Below the pieces are notes generated by a model. That model was given only the letters and a program-made list of their open reading frames with translations. It was not told the DNA's origin and did not search any database. From NCBI GenBank assembly GCA_964486045.1, contig CAZALK010000001.1, positions 776,242-840,241 of the forward strand: DNA of 64,000 nt. The letters are read 5' to 3'. A program made the position numbers and the translations under genes. How positions within the stretch are numbered: the first letter of the stretch is position 1; every line of letters starts with the position of its first letter. Positions 39,698 through 49,858 of the stretch are shown here, one piece after another. The stretch comes from an uncultured archaeon (GTDB taxonomy: Archaea > Asgardarchaeota > Lokiarchaeia > Sigyniarchaeales > SOKP01).

Positions 39698-40885
39698 ATG
39701 AAAATTGCTTTTGTTGCATCCCATCTAACTATTTATGGTGGTGGTGGGAAATTCCTAGTGGACTATGCCAACAAATTTTGTGAAATTGGTCATTCTGTAA
39801 CGATTATTGCCCAAAAAATAAACAAAAAGATGTATAAATTTAAAAAAAAAGTATCTCTTAAAGAAGTCGGTGGTCCTTTACCTTCAAACCCTTTATTTTG
39901 GCTTGAATTCAATAAAATAAAAAGAAATTATCTTAGAATAATTAATCAATTAGACTGTGATTTATTTATATCATTACATTTTCCTACGGGGTATTTTTGT
40001 TCAAATATGGAAAAAAGTAAGAAAAAGAAGCATATATATTTATGTTTAGAACCATATCGTTATTTTCATGATAAAAGGTACTATTCAAGCGCTCCATTTC
40101 TTATGAGAATAATTAGTGTGTTTCTCCGGATTTTCTTTAAAAAATATGATATGATCGGAGCACGCTCTGCTGCTAAAATGATCTGTATCAGTAATTTTAC
40201 TAGAATGCGTGCTAAAGAGTGGTATGGTAAAGAAAGTATTGTACATTATATTGGGATTGAAGTTAATGATAAAAATGATAATGTTAGTGATTATGATCTT
40301 AGAAAAGATTTAATGTTAAAAAGAAATACTCCAATAATATTTACCCTTGGATTATCTGCTCATTTAAAAGGTGCTAAGGAATTGATTTATATTTTTAAAA
40401 GAATACTTAAAAAAAAACCAGAAACAATATTGTTAATAGGGGGACTTCTAACAAAAGGGAATAAAAAGATCATTAAAAATTTGATAAAAAAACTAAAAAT
40501 CCCTGATCGAAATGTTATTCTTTATGGATTTATAGATGGTAAGTTCTTAAATTCCTTTTATGCTCAATCAACTGTAACTTATTATACCGCGATAGATGAA
40601 TCATTTGGCTTAATTCCATTAGAATCAATGAAAAATGGTACTCCTGTAATCGCTTTTGAGGGTGGACCTTCAGAAACTATTGTAGATGGAAAAACAGGTT
40701 ATATTATTAAAACAAATAATTTCGATGATTTTGCTCAAAAAACCTTAATGCTTATGGAAGAAGAAAAACTCTATGAACAATTTTCGGAGAGTGGAAAAGA
40801 ACATATTCGTCAAAATTTTAGCTTAGAGAAACGATTTTCCTCTTTAGAAACAATTTTACAGGAGATCATCAAAGAAAAACAATAA
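39698..40885 (+). CDS. GT4 glycosyltransferase
   Basis: YGGGGK, ESFGLIPLESMKNGTPVIA, GGPSETIVDGKTG. Confidence 0.92.
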   Translation: MKIAFVASHLTIYGGGGKFLVDYANKFCEIGHSVTIIAQKINKKMYKFKKKVSLKEVGGPLPSNPLFWLEFNKIKRNYLRIINQLDCDLFISLHFPTGYFCSNMEKSKKKKHIYLCLEPYRYFHDKRYYSSAPFLMRIISVFLRIFFKKYDMIGARSAAKMICISNFTRMRAKEWYGKESIVHYIGIEVNDKNDNVSDYDLRKDLMLKRNTPIIFTLGLSAHLKGAKELIYIFKRILKKKPETILLIGGLLTKGNKKIIKNLIKKLKIPDRNVILYGFIDGKFLNSFYAQSTVTYYTAIDESFGLIPLESMKNGTPVIAFEGGPSETIVDGKTGYIIKTNNFDDFAQKTLMLMEEEKLYEQFSESGKEHIRQNFSLEKRFSSLETILQEIIKEKQ

Positions 40886-40905
40886 ATTAAGAAATTAATA
40901 AATTT

Positions 40906-41634
40906 TCACGGTTTTATTACAAAATCATTTGCTTCTCGAATGGAATTTGAGTCTATGGGTTCAAAATACCTATACCCCATTTGTTTGAGGAACTCAAAAC
41001 ATTTTTTTTTAATCGTATCACCATGAGTTTCTATGAGTATAATTGGTTTAGAGATTGATAATAATTCTTTAGCTCCTTTAAGAACTGATAATTCTGCACC
41101 TTCCACATCTATTTTTAATAGGTTTGGAATTAATTTACTCTCTTTTATAAATGTATCAAGTGAAATTACTGAAACAGGTTGAGATCCACTTGTATTTAAC
41201 CTACCCTCCGCATTGCTATGAGCTTTTTGAAACCAGGAGAGTCCATCTTTATCTGCTACCGCACAGGGTACAATTATTACATTTTCTATATTATTTAATT
41301 TGAGCATTCTATATAAAAAACTTAAATTACGAGGAAATGGTTCAAACGCATAAATTAATTTTGAATATCTTGAGAAAAGCAGTGAATAAATTCCTACATT
41401 TGCCCCTATATCAAAACATACAAAATTTGGTGAAATCAAATCTTTTGTGATCTTTAATCGCTCTGGTTCACTACGGTTAAAAATAACCGATATTCCTCTT
41501 CCCTTGCCTGCAGGAGCACCCATTATTAACTTATATCCCTTCAACGGACCTTTTAATATAACCAAAGGTATTTTTGTAGGGATAATTTTTGTAAGACTGA
41601 TGAAGAATTTGTCTAATAATTTTTTTAAATTCAT
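40906..41634 (-). CDS. FkbM family methyltransferase
   Basis: DIGANVG, AFEP, KIDVEGAELSVLKG, IETH. Confidence 0.92.
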   Translation of the reverse strand: MNLKKLLDKFFISLTKIIPTKIPLVILKGPLKGYKLIMGAPAGKGRGISVIFNRSEPERLKITKDLISPNFVCFDIGANVGIYSLLFSRYSKLIYAFEPFPRNLSFLYRMLKLNNIENVIIVPCAVADKDGLSWFQKAHSNAEGRLNTSGSQPVSVISLDTFIKESKLIPNLLKIDVEGAELSVLKGAKELLSISKPIILIETHGDTIKKKCFEFLKQMGYRYFEPIDSNSIREANDFVIKP

Positions 41635-41954
41635 TTAGGTCAGCAAAACAATTTTAATTACGTTTAAAAACTAAAGCCATTCCCTTTTTTTAAATCCTTT
41701 CTTTACATACTAAATAGATAGAAGTATTTTTAATCTAATGATAAACTTTTAATTTTCTTTAGTTTAGTAAATAATACAATTTTTAATAATGTTTTAGAAC
41801 TGTTATAATTAAATTAAAAACAAACCATTGCTTATAAACAAGTATTATTATAAACGACTTTAATACTAGAAATATAGTTAGGAAGAAATAATCATGTTAA
41901 AGAACTCTATATACATGGAATTATAATAAAAAAAGAAAATCACGACGATTACTA

Positions 41955-43226
41955 ATGCTGAGTAAAATTGTAAAAAGTTTTTGGAATTTGTTAAAAAGAT
42001 TTCCAAGATTACAAGAAAATCTTTACAAATTTTACGCGTGGAGGATTTTTGAGATCGTTCCAAGGTTGAAAAAAATTATTTATAAATTTTATGATAAATT
42101 TTGGTATTTAGAATTATATATTGATAACAATGTGCAAAATCTCTCTAATATTTTACAGAATAATCTTGAAATTGATATTGATAGGTTGAAATATTATGTG
42201 AATTATCCTATTTATTCAATAAGTAGAAATCTTAATATAGAAAAAACTTGGGATATCTATAGCAATTTAGAAAAGATTTATGAGTCAAATCAATTCGAAT
42301 TTATTAAACAACATTTTATGGATAAAAAAAATTGGAAAGAAATTGGTTTATACAATATTTTTATTGATCAAATAATTCAACACAAGGAAAAATTTGATTA
42401 TTCTGATGTAGATCAATTCACAGACTTATTAAATTCTTTAGATGAATCATATCACCACTTTGACTTAGGTAAAATTAAAAATAAAATAAGAGTAGGAATT
42501 GGGAGTAAAGGTGAATTCATCCTATTTGAAGGCATTTTTTTTCTTTCTCTTTTAAGAATCCTTGATCTCAACACGGTCCCTATTGAAATAATTGCTAGAC
42601 ATCCACAATGGACTAAATTTTGTAATGAATTTTTAAAATTTAAATCAATTCATGGAGTTATTTACCAGCCTTTAATACATCCTGATTTGAATTTGAAATC
42701 ACTTGAATCCAATAGTGAGGAACGATTTAATATTATAAAAGATAACCTGGACAAAAACACGGGGATTGTATTAGATATTGGAGCCAATCTAGGTTTTTTT
42801 TGTCATAAATTTGAAGATATAGGATATAATTGTCATGCTGTGGAGATTCGACCTGCCAACATTTATTTTATGAAAAAATTGAGAGACATTGAAGATAAAA
42901 AATTTAAGATAATCAATAAATCAATTTTTGATTTTAAAGATTCAAAAGAATTTGATGTTGTAATAGCCTTAAATATTTTTCATCATTTTTTGAGAGAAAA
43001 AAAATTGTATTTTAAGTTAATCAAATTCTTGAAAACTTTAAAAATGAAAGTGATGTTTTTCCAACCTCACGATCCTAATGAAGATATTATGCAGAACGCT
43101 TATACTAATTATGGTAATCGCCAATTTGTTGATTTTATTATTAGATTTTCATGTTTAAATAAATTTATGTTGCTGAACGAAAACGTGGATGGTAAAAATC
43201 GACCTATATATAAATTGATTAAATGA
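41955..43226 (+). CDS. class I SAM-dependent methyltransferase with an N-terminal degenerate ParB/Srx-like region
   Basis: C-terminal VLDIGANLGFF and FDVVIALNIFHHF; upstream IRVGIGSKGEFILFEG...LRILDLNTVPIEIIARHPQW. Confidence 0.7.
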   Translation: MLSKIVKSFWNLLKRFPRLQENLYKFYAWRIFEIVPRLKKIIYKFYDKFWYLELYIDNNVQNLSNILQNNLEIDIDRLKYYVNYPIYSISRNLNIEKTWDIYSNLEKIYESNQFEFIKQHFMDKKNWKEIGLYNIFIDQIIQHKEKFDYSDVDQFTDLLNSLDESYHHFDLGKIKNKIRVGIGSKGEFILFEGIFFLSLLRILDLNTVPIEIIARHPQWTKFCNEFLKFKSIHGVIYQPLIHPDLNLKSLESNSEERFNIIKDNLDKNTGIVLDIGANLGFFCHKFEDIGYNCHAVEIRPANIYFMKKLRDIEDKKFKIINKSIFDFKDSKEFDVVIALNIFHHFLREKKLYFKLIKFLKTLKMKVMFFQPHDPNEDIMQNAYTNYGNRQFVDFIIRFSCLNKFMLLNENVDGKNRPIYKLIK

Positions 43227-43233
43227 AAACAGA

Positions 43234-44568
43234 TTAACCCTCAAAAATCTCCGTTAAAACTCTTCCATCCATTTCTGATGGAATTGGTTCACCAAATAAT
43301 GAAAGAATTGTTGGTACAATATCGTATGGAGTTATATCTCCTATTTTTTTTCCCTTTTTTATTCTCGATCCTTGAATCATAAAAACCCCATAATTTTCAC
43401 TATGGTCTCCGGTGTGAGCTGGATTGAAATCAATAATTTCATCTAAATTTAATTTTTTACCATTTGGTAATTCAACTTTAAAATTTCTATTATCCCCAAA
43501 AAAATCATTAATTCTTACAATTAATTTTTTTGAAGTAGACCTAATATTAAAAAGTTGTTTTTCTTCACATTTTATTGATTCTATTGCTCTCTTAAAGTCA
43601 TTTAACGGGCGTAAAGAATTAGGTCTCATTCTAAAAACTACAGATTGTGTCATGTATATCCCATATACGTCATAATAGAATTTTAATTCTCTAAGGAGAT
43701 AAAGAACATTTATCGTTCTGAAGTTTTTTCGATTTTTTTTTTCAATTTCCTCAAAACCGTGATCTGAACAAATAAATAGATGATATTTATTCTTTTCAGC
43801 AAAATTCTTTACTTTTCCGAAAAAATTATCAACGATTTTGTAAGCGTTGGGAAGAACATCAGAATATTTTGATTTTTCACCCATACTTCTCCAATATATA
43901 TGACTAAGCGTATCAAAAGAATAGTCGAAAAATACTGTAAAATGTGATTTGTATTTTTTAAGCAACTTGTAGTATAAATTTGTATGAATGATCAGTTCAA
44001 TTTCCTTCAAAAGATACATTCTCTCCTCTAAACTGCTTTTAAAAGATAACACAATGCTTCGCTTTATTATTTTAAATAAACCCTTAATAGAAAATTGAAA
44101 TTTAAATAGCTTCCAAAAGATCTTAATTAAAAATGTTAAAGAATATTTTTCTGATCTTGCCTTTTTATCTAATTCACCTATAAAATTTAGTTCTTCAGGA
44201 TAAGTGTTTTTTTCTAATAACATTGGACTTGGAATACAGAAACCGTCAAATTTTTTTGCACTCCAAACACTTAAAGGTCTATAAACCCCAATTTTAAACC
44301 CTTTTTCATGCAAGATATCCCAAATCTGTTTAGAACTTAAATTTTCTTCTTTAGAATAAAAATCTCTAATTCCGTGTTTCTCTACTTTCTTTCCTGTAAA
44401 AATTGAACAAAAAATTTTTGGGGAACTTAAAAATCCCTCAGCTCTTAAAACTGCAGAGACTCCATTGTTAGTAATATCTTCTATGTTTTTTAATTTATTT
44501 TTAGCTTTTAGTTCCTCAATGATATTCCAGCTTAGTCCATCTATAGCCAATAGAATAATTTTTTCCAT
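43234..44568 (-). CDS. alkaline phosphatase superfamily (nucleotide pyrophosphatase/phosphodiesterase-like) protein
   Basis: LAIDGLSW, SIFTG...HGI, DTLSH, SDHGF, GDH, DIVPTIL...MDG. Confidence 0.88.
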   Translation of the reverse strand: MEKIILLAIDGLSWNIIEELKAKNKLKNIEDITNNGVSAVLRAEGFLSSPKIFCSIFTGKKVEKHGIRDFYSKEENLSSKQIWDILHEKGFKIGVYRPLSVWSAKKFDGFCIPSPMLLEKNTYPEELNFIGELDKKARSEKYSLTFLIKIFWKLFKFQFSIKGLFKIIKRSIVLSFKSSLEERMYLLKEIELIIHTNLYYKLLKKYKSHFTVFFDYSFDTLSHIYWRSMGEKSKYSDVLPNAYKIVDNFFGKVKNFAEKNKYHLFICSDHGFEEIEKKNRKNFRTINVLYLLRELKFYYDVYGIYMTQSVVFRMRPNSLRPLNDFKRAIESIKCEEKQLFNIRSTSKKLIVRINDFFGDNRNFKVELPNGKKLNLDEIIDFNPAHTGDHSENYGVFMIQGSRIKKGKKIGDITPYDIVPTILSLFGEPIPSEMDGRVLTEIFEG

Positions 44569-44843
44569 CCTTAAACAAAGAGTTTAAATCTTTCTTTTTT
44601 GATAAAATTTGTCTCTGTTATTAATAAATAAAGATAGAAAGAAAGGATAAAATGCGAAAGGAGCTTGAATTTTCAAAAGTTTTAGGCTTGATTAAACTTT
44701 TTCTAATCTAAAAAAACCTAAATAAGATTGTAAATAATTAATTTAAATCAAATATTTTAATATTTACAATTTTTACAAGTCGAAAAATATTATCAAATAA
44801 TATTTTTTATTTGAATTGGAAGAACAAATTAAATCGATAAAAA

Positions 44844-46355
44844 ATGATAAACAAGGAAGAAGCTTTTAAAAGTTTTTTCATAATTTCAATCTCCTTAAGT
44901 GTTGCATTTATTTCTAATCTTTTAATTGTTATTATATTAACACGTATTTTTCCTCCTGAAGAATATGCGGTTTATCAATTTTCATTAACTTTCTTAGCAT
45001 ATTTTACTATCTTTTCAAATATAGGCTTAAGTACAGCATTAATTCAACAAGTATCAGCAGAAAAAGATAAAGATTCTAATAAGAATGTAAAACGATTCTC
45101 TGAGGGTTTAAAATGGATTTTTTTGTTAACAATATTTTTTTCACTAATATTATTTTTTTTATCTGATCTCTTTGGAAGATTTTATCAAATACCCGGTTTA
45201 AGTCTCGTTCTTAAGCTTACATCATTAATTGTTTTTTCTAATAATATTGTGAATTATTTTGAAAGTTTATTTCAAGGACTCTGGAAGTTTAAACTCTTTG
45301 CTATTTCTTTCATCTCAGCAAAATTGATAAAGGTAATTATTGTTTTTTTTGCATTATTCACGAGTATGACAATTTCTCAAGTAGTCATGTTATTTTCAAT
45401 TGCATCCCTAATCCAACTTGTGGTAATCTTAATCTTTTCCCAAATAAAATTCAAGTATTTTTCTTCTATATTTACTCTTAACTGGAAGCTCACCAGTAAT
45501 CTTTTAAAATTCTCTGTATTTATTTTTTTATATGTATTTCTTCAAAATTTAATAACAAACTCAAATCAATTTATCTTAGCGTTTTTTGTTACACTTGATG
45601 AATTAGCATATTATACAATCGTTCTTTGGATGATTGTAAGTTTATCCATACCAGCAATAATATTTTCAAGATTTATACTTCCTTATGTGTCTCATTATAT
45701 CCAGAAAGAGGGTGAAGAAAAGGAAAAAATTGGGACAATGTATAATTTAATTTTTAAATACGGCTTACTGATAACGATACCAATGTCTTTTTATTTTCTC
45801 TTCTTCTCAGATTTTTTAATTGCATTTGTTTTTGACCCAAGTTATTATCCCGTATCGAATTATCTCAAGTTATATATATTTTTTTTAAACATTAACATAA
45901 TTGATGTAGCGGGAGGTCATTTCTTATGGGCTTCTAATGAACCTAAACTTGTTTATAAACTTTATACGGTCACAGCTGTTTCTACAATCGCTTTAAGTCT
46001 GATCTTGATTCCTCTTTACTACACATTTGGAGCATTAATATCTGTTATGATCCCGCATACAATTTACACAATATATTCAATCATTTTGGTGAAAAGGAAA
46101 AATAACATTAATTTCGACTCAAATTTAATTTCCTCAATCTTAAAATATATAGTATCAGCAGTTACAGTGATTTTATTACTTTTTATATCTAATCTAATCT
46201 TTCCATTTAATCTGAATAACTTAGTAGTTTTAATTGCTTTTTCGGGTATTTATTTTGGTATTTTTTTCGTTATAATTTTATTATTACGAGCAGTCACTAT
46301 TGCTGAAATTAAAGATTTCATTAATGTTCTCAAAAATTCAATTTTTAAAAATTAA
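44844..46355 (+). CDS. Wzx/MOP-family oligosaccharide flippase
   Basis: About 14 hydrophobic helices, with ILTRIFPPEEYAVY and NIGLSTAL N-terminal signatures, inside a glycan cluster. Confidence 0.88.
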   Translation: MINKEEAFKSFFIISISLSVAFISNLLIVIILTRIFPPEEYAVYQFSLTFLAYFTIFSNIGLSTALIQQVSAEKDKDSNKNVKRFSEGLKWIFLLTIFFSLILFFLSDLFGRFYQIPGLSLVLKLTSLIVFSNNIVNYFESLFQGLWKFKLFAISFISAKLIKVIIVFFALFTSMTISQVVMLFSIASLIQLVVILIFSQIKFKYFSSIFTLNWKLTSNLLKFSVFIFLYVFLQNLITNSNQFILAFFVTLDELAYYTIVLWMIVSLSIPAIIFSRFILPYVSHYIQKEGEEKEKIGTMYNLIFKYGLLITIPMSFYFLFFSDFLIAFVFDPSYYPVSNYLKLYIFFLNINIIDVAGGHFLWASNEPKLVYKLYTVTAVSTIALSLILIPLYYTFGALISVMIPHTIYTIYSIILVKRKNNINFDSNLISSILKYIVSAVTVILLLFISNLIFPFNLNNLVVLIAFSGIYFGIFFVIILLLRAVTIAEIKDFINVLKNSIFKN

Positions 46356-46358
46356 GCT

Positions 46359-47495
46359 TTAAGATATAAAATTCTTGTAAACCATTTCTATTTTATCCGT
46401 GATTACATCCCAAGAAAAATTATCTAGCACTAAATTCCTTCCATTCTTCCCAAACGTACTTGACTTGTCTTGATCATGTAAAACATTCATAATTTTTGAT
46501 ATTATAGATTTTGCATCAAAATTTTTAATCAATAAGCCGTTTTCATTATCTCTTAGGACTTCAGAAATTCCTCCAACATTTGATGCAATTACTGGTGTTT
46601 CACATGCTAGACTTTCAAGCAATATTGTTGGAACACCTTCAAATCGAGAAGTAATAAGTACTACCTTACTCTGATTATAGATATCGACCATTTTTTCATA
46701 TGGATAAAAATCAGAGTGGAGAATAGGGAGGTTTTTTTGAGCTGGCTTAATTAATCTTTTTAAAGGACCTTTTCCTATTATTAAAAATTTCAGATCCTTA
46801 TCATGTTTATAAAGTTCTTTAATAACATTCATATACACATCAAATCCCTTGATATACGATAACCTCCCGATGAATGTGACATATATTTTCCCAGTTTCTT
46901 TTTTTTTTTTAAAAATCTCAGTATTTACACCATTCGGAATATAATAATTATTATTATGTCGAATATTATAGCGTTTTTTAATCACATCTAAATCTTTCTG
47001 AGATACAGAGATTAATGCATCTGCAGTTTTTAATGTAAAACTCCCTATCCATTTATCAAAAAACATATTTTTAAAGCCTAATTGTAACTTTTCAATAAGG
47101 CTTGAACTAAGAGTTTGTGGAGTTCGTATACCTCCGTGTATATGTAGTATAAAAGGGAATTTTCTTATTTTTCGAAGTAGTGCACTCTGAAAAGAAGTTA
47201 AGAAAATGTAAGAATGTACATGAATTACATCATAATTTTGAAATTCTTTTTTTAAAAAAGTATATATATTGACAAGAGGGTTCATCCCCCATAAACTATA
47301 ATAGTTTTTTTTGTAAATTATCTTAATTGAACCATCAAGGAAATCAATTTTAACTTTTCTTTTTAAGATATCTGAGGTTAGGATCTCTGAATCAAAGTTT
47401 TTTTTTTTTTTTAAATTGATTGCTAAATTTTTACAAAAAACTTCAGAACCTCCTAAATGTTCAGGAGGGTAAGGATTAATATGAAGAATCTTCAT
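46359..47495 (-). CDS. GT4 glycosyltransferase
   Basis: GGSE, IPNGVN, GRLSYIKG, SRFEGVPTILLESLACETPVIASNVGG. Confidence 0.93.
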   Translation of the reverse strand: MKILHINPYPPEHLGGSEVFCKNLAINLKKKKNFDSEILTSDILKRKVKIDFLDGSIKIIYKKNYYSLWGMNPLVNIYTFLKKEFQNYDVIHVHSYIFLTSFQSALLRKIRKFPFILHIHGGIRTPQTLSSSLIEKLQLGFKNMFFDKWIGSFTLKTADALISVSQKDLDVIKKRYNIRHNNNYYIPNGVNTEIFKKKKETGKIYVTFIGRLSYIKGFDVYMNVIKELYKHDKDLKFLIIGKGPLKRLIKPAQKNLPILHSDFYPYEKMVDIYNQSKVVLITSRFEGVPTILLESLACETPVIASNVGGISEVLRDNENGLLIKNFDAKSIISKIMNVLHDQDKSSTFGKNGRNLVLDNFSWDVITDKIEMVYKNFIS

Positions 47496-47980
47496 TTTGT
47501 CAACACTACTCACCAAAGATATATAATTACACGAAAAATCTAAAAAAAATACTTAAATAATAAAAATAAATAAATCTAATTTAAAAATTAATAAAATTCT
47601 TGAAGTGTTTACAAGTAAAATAAACTCTCTATCAAATAAAACTTTTTTTAAGAGTTTTGAATAAATATATTAGAAAATAAAAATGATAATTCTTGTTTTC
47701 TGCCTTCAAATAGAATCCTCTTGATTTAGTTTAAAAAATATTAGATATAAATACTTTTCCTCTCAAAAGTGGTAGAAGAACCCAAAGATATAACTAAATG
47801 TGAATTTATTTAAGAAATCCAATTTTATAATTTTCAATTATAAATTAAGTATGTTTAGCTTATTTTATCCTCATAAAATGATCTATGGAAGCTAGTAAAA
47901 TATATACTAAAATAACGGTATCTTATCTATTTGTTGACCGTAAAAATTAATATTTTAATCATAAAATAACAAGAAAAAAG

Positions 47981-49858
47981 ATGTTTAATAAAAGGAAACG
48001 TGTTTTAATACTGACTCTCATTTTATGCTTGATTTTCGGAGCGTCAATGCTCTCTCTCAATACTCCCGAAATATTACAAACAAGTAGGAATAATAGTATT
48101 AAGGATAATGATGAAAAACCAAAAATATCGGCAAATCATGACACTATATTTATTGATGGTAATATTATGTTCGCCAATAATGCAAGTACCGAGAGTTGGA
48201 TTGGTAATGGAACTTACAGCAACCCTTATATCATCGAAAATTATGAAATCACTGCTTCTATAAGGCACGGGATTGAAATTCGAAATACAGATGTATATTT
48301 CATTATCAGAAATGTGACTGTGAGTGATGGTCGTTCAAACTATAACCATGGATTCTATTTCAACAATGTGATCAATGGAGAATTAATAAACAACACTGCT
48401 GACAATAATATTGCCGGCGTTCTCCTTAGGAATTCTAATAATAACACCTTTACGAGTAATTTAGCAACTAATAGTTTGCATGGCTTTCGAATCTGGTATT
48501 CCAATAATAATACTCTAACTAACAATACCGCTAATAGTAATATTGATTACGGTATGTTTTTAGATAATAGCAATAACAATACAATTTCGGGAAATATAAT
48601 ATTGTTTAATAGTTTGGGGAGCATTTATGAGAAAGATAGCCTGTGGAATGATATTTTGGACAATATACTCGGTCCGCATCCATTCACCTTATTTTCCGAC
48701 GTCCATGGCTTTAACAAAAATGGATCATTCACAATAACCTGGACGGTTTCGGAAAATGCCGATACTTATACTTTATATCAAAATGACGAAATAATAGCTG
48801 AAGGGATAACGATAACGAATTACACTATCACCGATTTACCTGTTGGAACTTACACGTTTTATGTGAAAGCGATTAATAATTATGAAGAAAAATATTCGAA
48901 TACGATTGAAGTAATTGTTAGTAATATCATTCATGTTGACGGAAATTTTAATTTTTATCAAACAGCAGTCGCCAAAAATTTTACTGGCAACGGAACTTAC
49001 GGCAATCCCTATATTATCGAAAATTATGAAATTCTCGCTTCAGTAGGACACGGAATTCATATTCAAAACACGGATGTCTATTTTATAATCAGAAATGTAG
49101 GAGTGAGTAATGGTCGTTCAAATAATTATTTTGGTTTTTATTTAGCGAATGTGACAAACGGAAAATTGGAAAATAATACCGCGAGTAATAATCTATATGG
49201 TTTCCTCCTTAATGATTCCTATAATAACACCTTGGAGGGCAATACCGCAAGGGATAATCTCAATGGAATCACAATCAATTCTAGCAATTACAATAATCTA
49301 ACAAACAATAGTGTAGGGAATAATAGGCATGGGTTATCCCTCGATTCATCCCATAATAATTCCTTGATGGGCAATGAGGTAACGGATAACACCTATCTTG
49401 GGGTTTACCTAGATTCTTCCAATAACAATATCATAATGGACAATATCGCAACAGGTAATCTCAATGGTTTTACTCTCAGCTCTTCCAATAATAACACAAT
49501 AACAAACAATACCGCTAATAGTAATGACCAGAATGGTTTTCGCCTTTGGTACTCTAACAATAACATTTTGACCGACAATATCGCTAATAACAATTTAAAA
49601 TATGGTATATATTTAGAAGAAAGCAATTTTAATGAAATTTCGGGAAATTCTTTAGAAGATAATGGTCTAGGTTCTATTTATGAAAAGATGAGCGAAGAAA
49701 TAGACTTTCCGGATATATTTTTCATTTCAGCAATAACTGTCGTAATTGCTGTTGTATCATTTATTATTATTAAAGCAACATTTTTTATCAGGAAAAAAAT
49801 TAAATTATCAGGTTTTAAATTGTCATTAAAAAAGATATTTAGAGATAAGAATATATGA
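47981..49858 (+). CDS. membrane-anchored surface protein with two NosD/CASH parallel beta-helix blocks separated by an Fn3-like domain
   Basis: N-terminal signal/TM. GNGTYxNPYIIENYEI occurs twice, Asn-rich G.x.L..SNNN.L..N repeats follow, with ITWT...YTLY...YTFYVKAIN between them. C-terminal TM plus basic tail. Confidence 0.88.
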   Translation: MFNKRKRVLILTLILCLIFGASMLSLNTPEILQTSRNNSIKDNDEKPKISANHDTIFIDGNIMFANNASTESWIGNGTYSNPYIIENYEITASIRHGIEIRNTDVYFIIRNVTVSDGRSNYNHGFYFNNVINGELINNTADNNIAGVLLRNSNNNTFTSNLATNSLHGFRIWYSNNNTLTNNTANSNIDYGMFLDNSNNNTISGNIILFNSLGSIYEKDSLWNDILDNILGPHPFTLFSDVHGFNKNGSFTITWTVSENADTYTLYQNDEIIAEGITITNYTITDLPVGTYTFYVKAINNYEEKYSNTIEVIVSNIIHVDGNFNFYQTAVAKNFTGNGTYGNPYIIENYEILASVGHGIHIQNTDVYFIIRNVGVSNGRSNNYFGFYLANVTNGKLENNTASNNLYGFLLNDSYNNTLEGNTARDNLNGITINSSNYNNLTNNSVGNNRHGLSLDSSHNNSLMGNEVTDNTYLGVYLDSSNNNIIMDNIATGNLNGFTLSSSNNNTITNNTANSNDQNGFRLWYSNNNILTDNIANNNLKYGIYLEESNFNEISGNSLEDNGLGSIYEKMSEEIDFPDIFFISAITVVIAVVSFIIIKATFFIRKKIKLSGFKLSLKKIFRDKNI

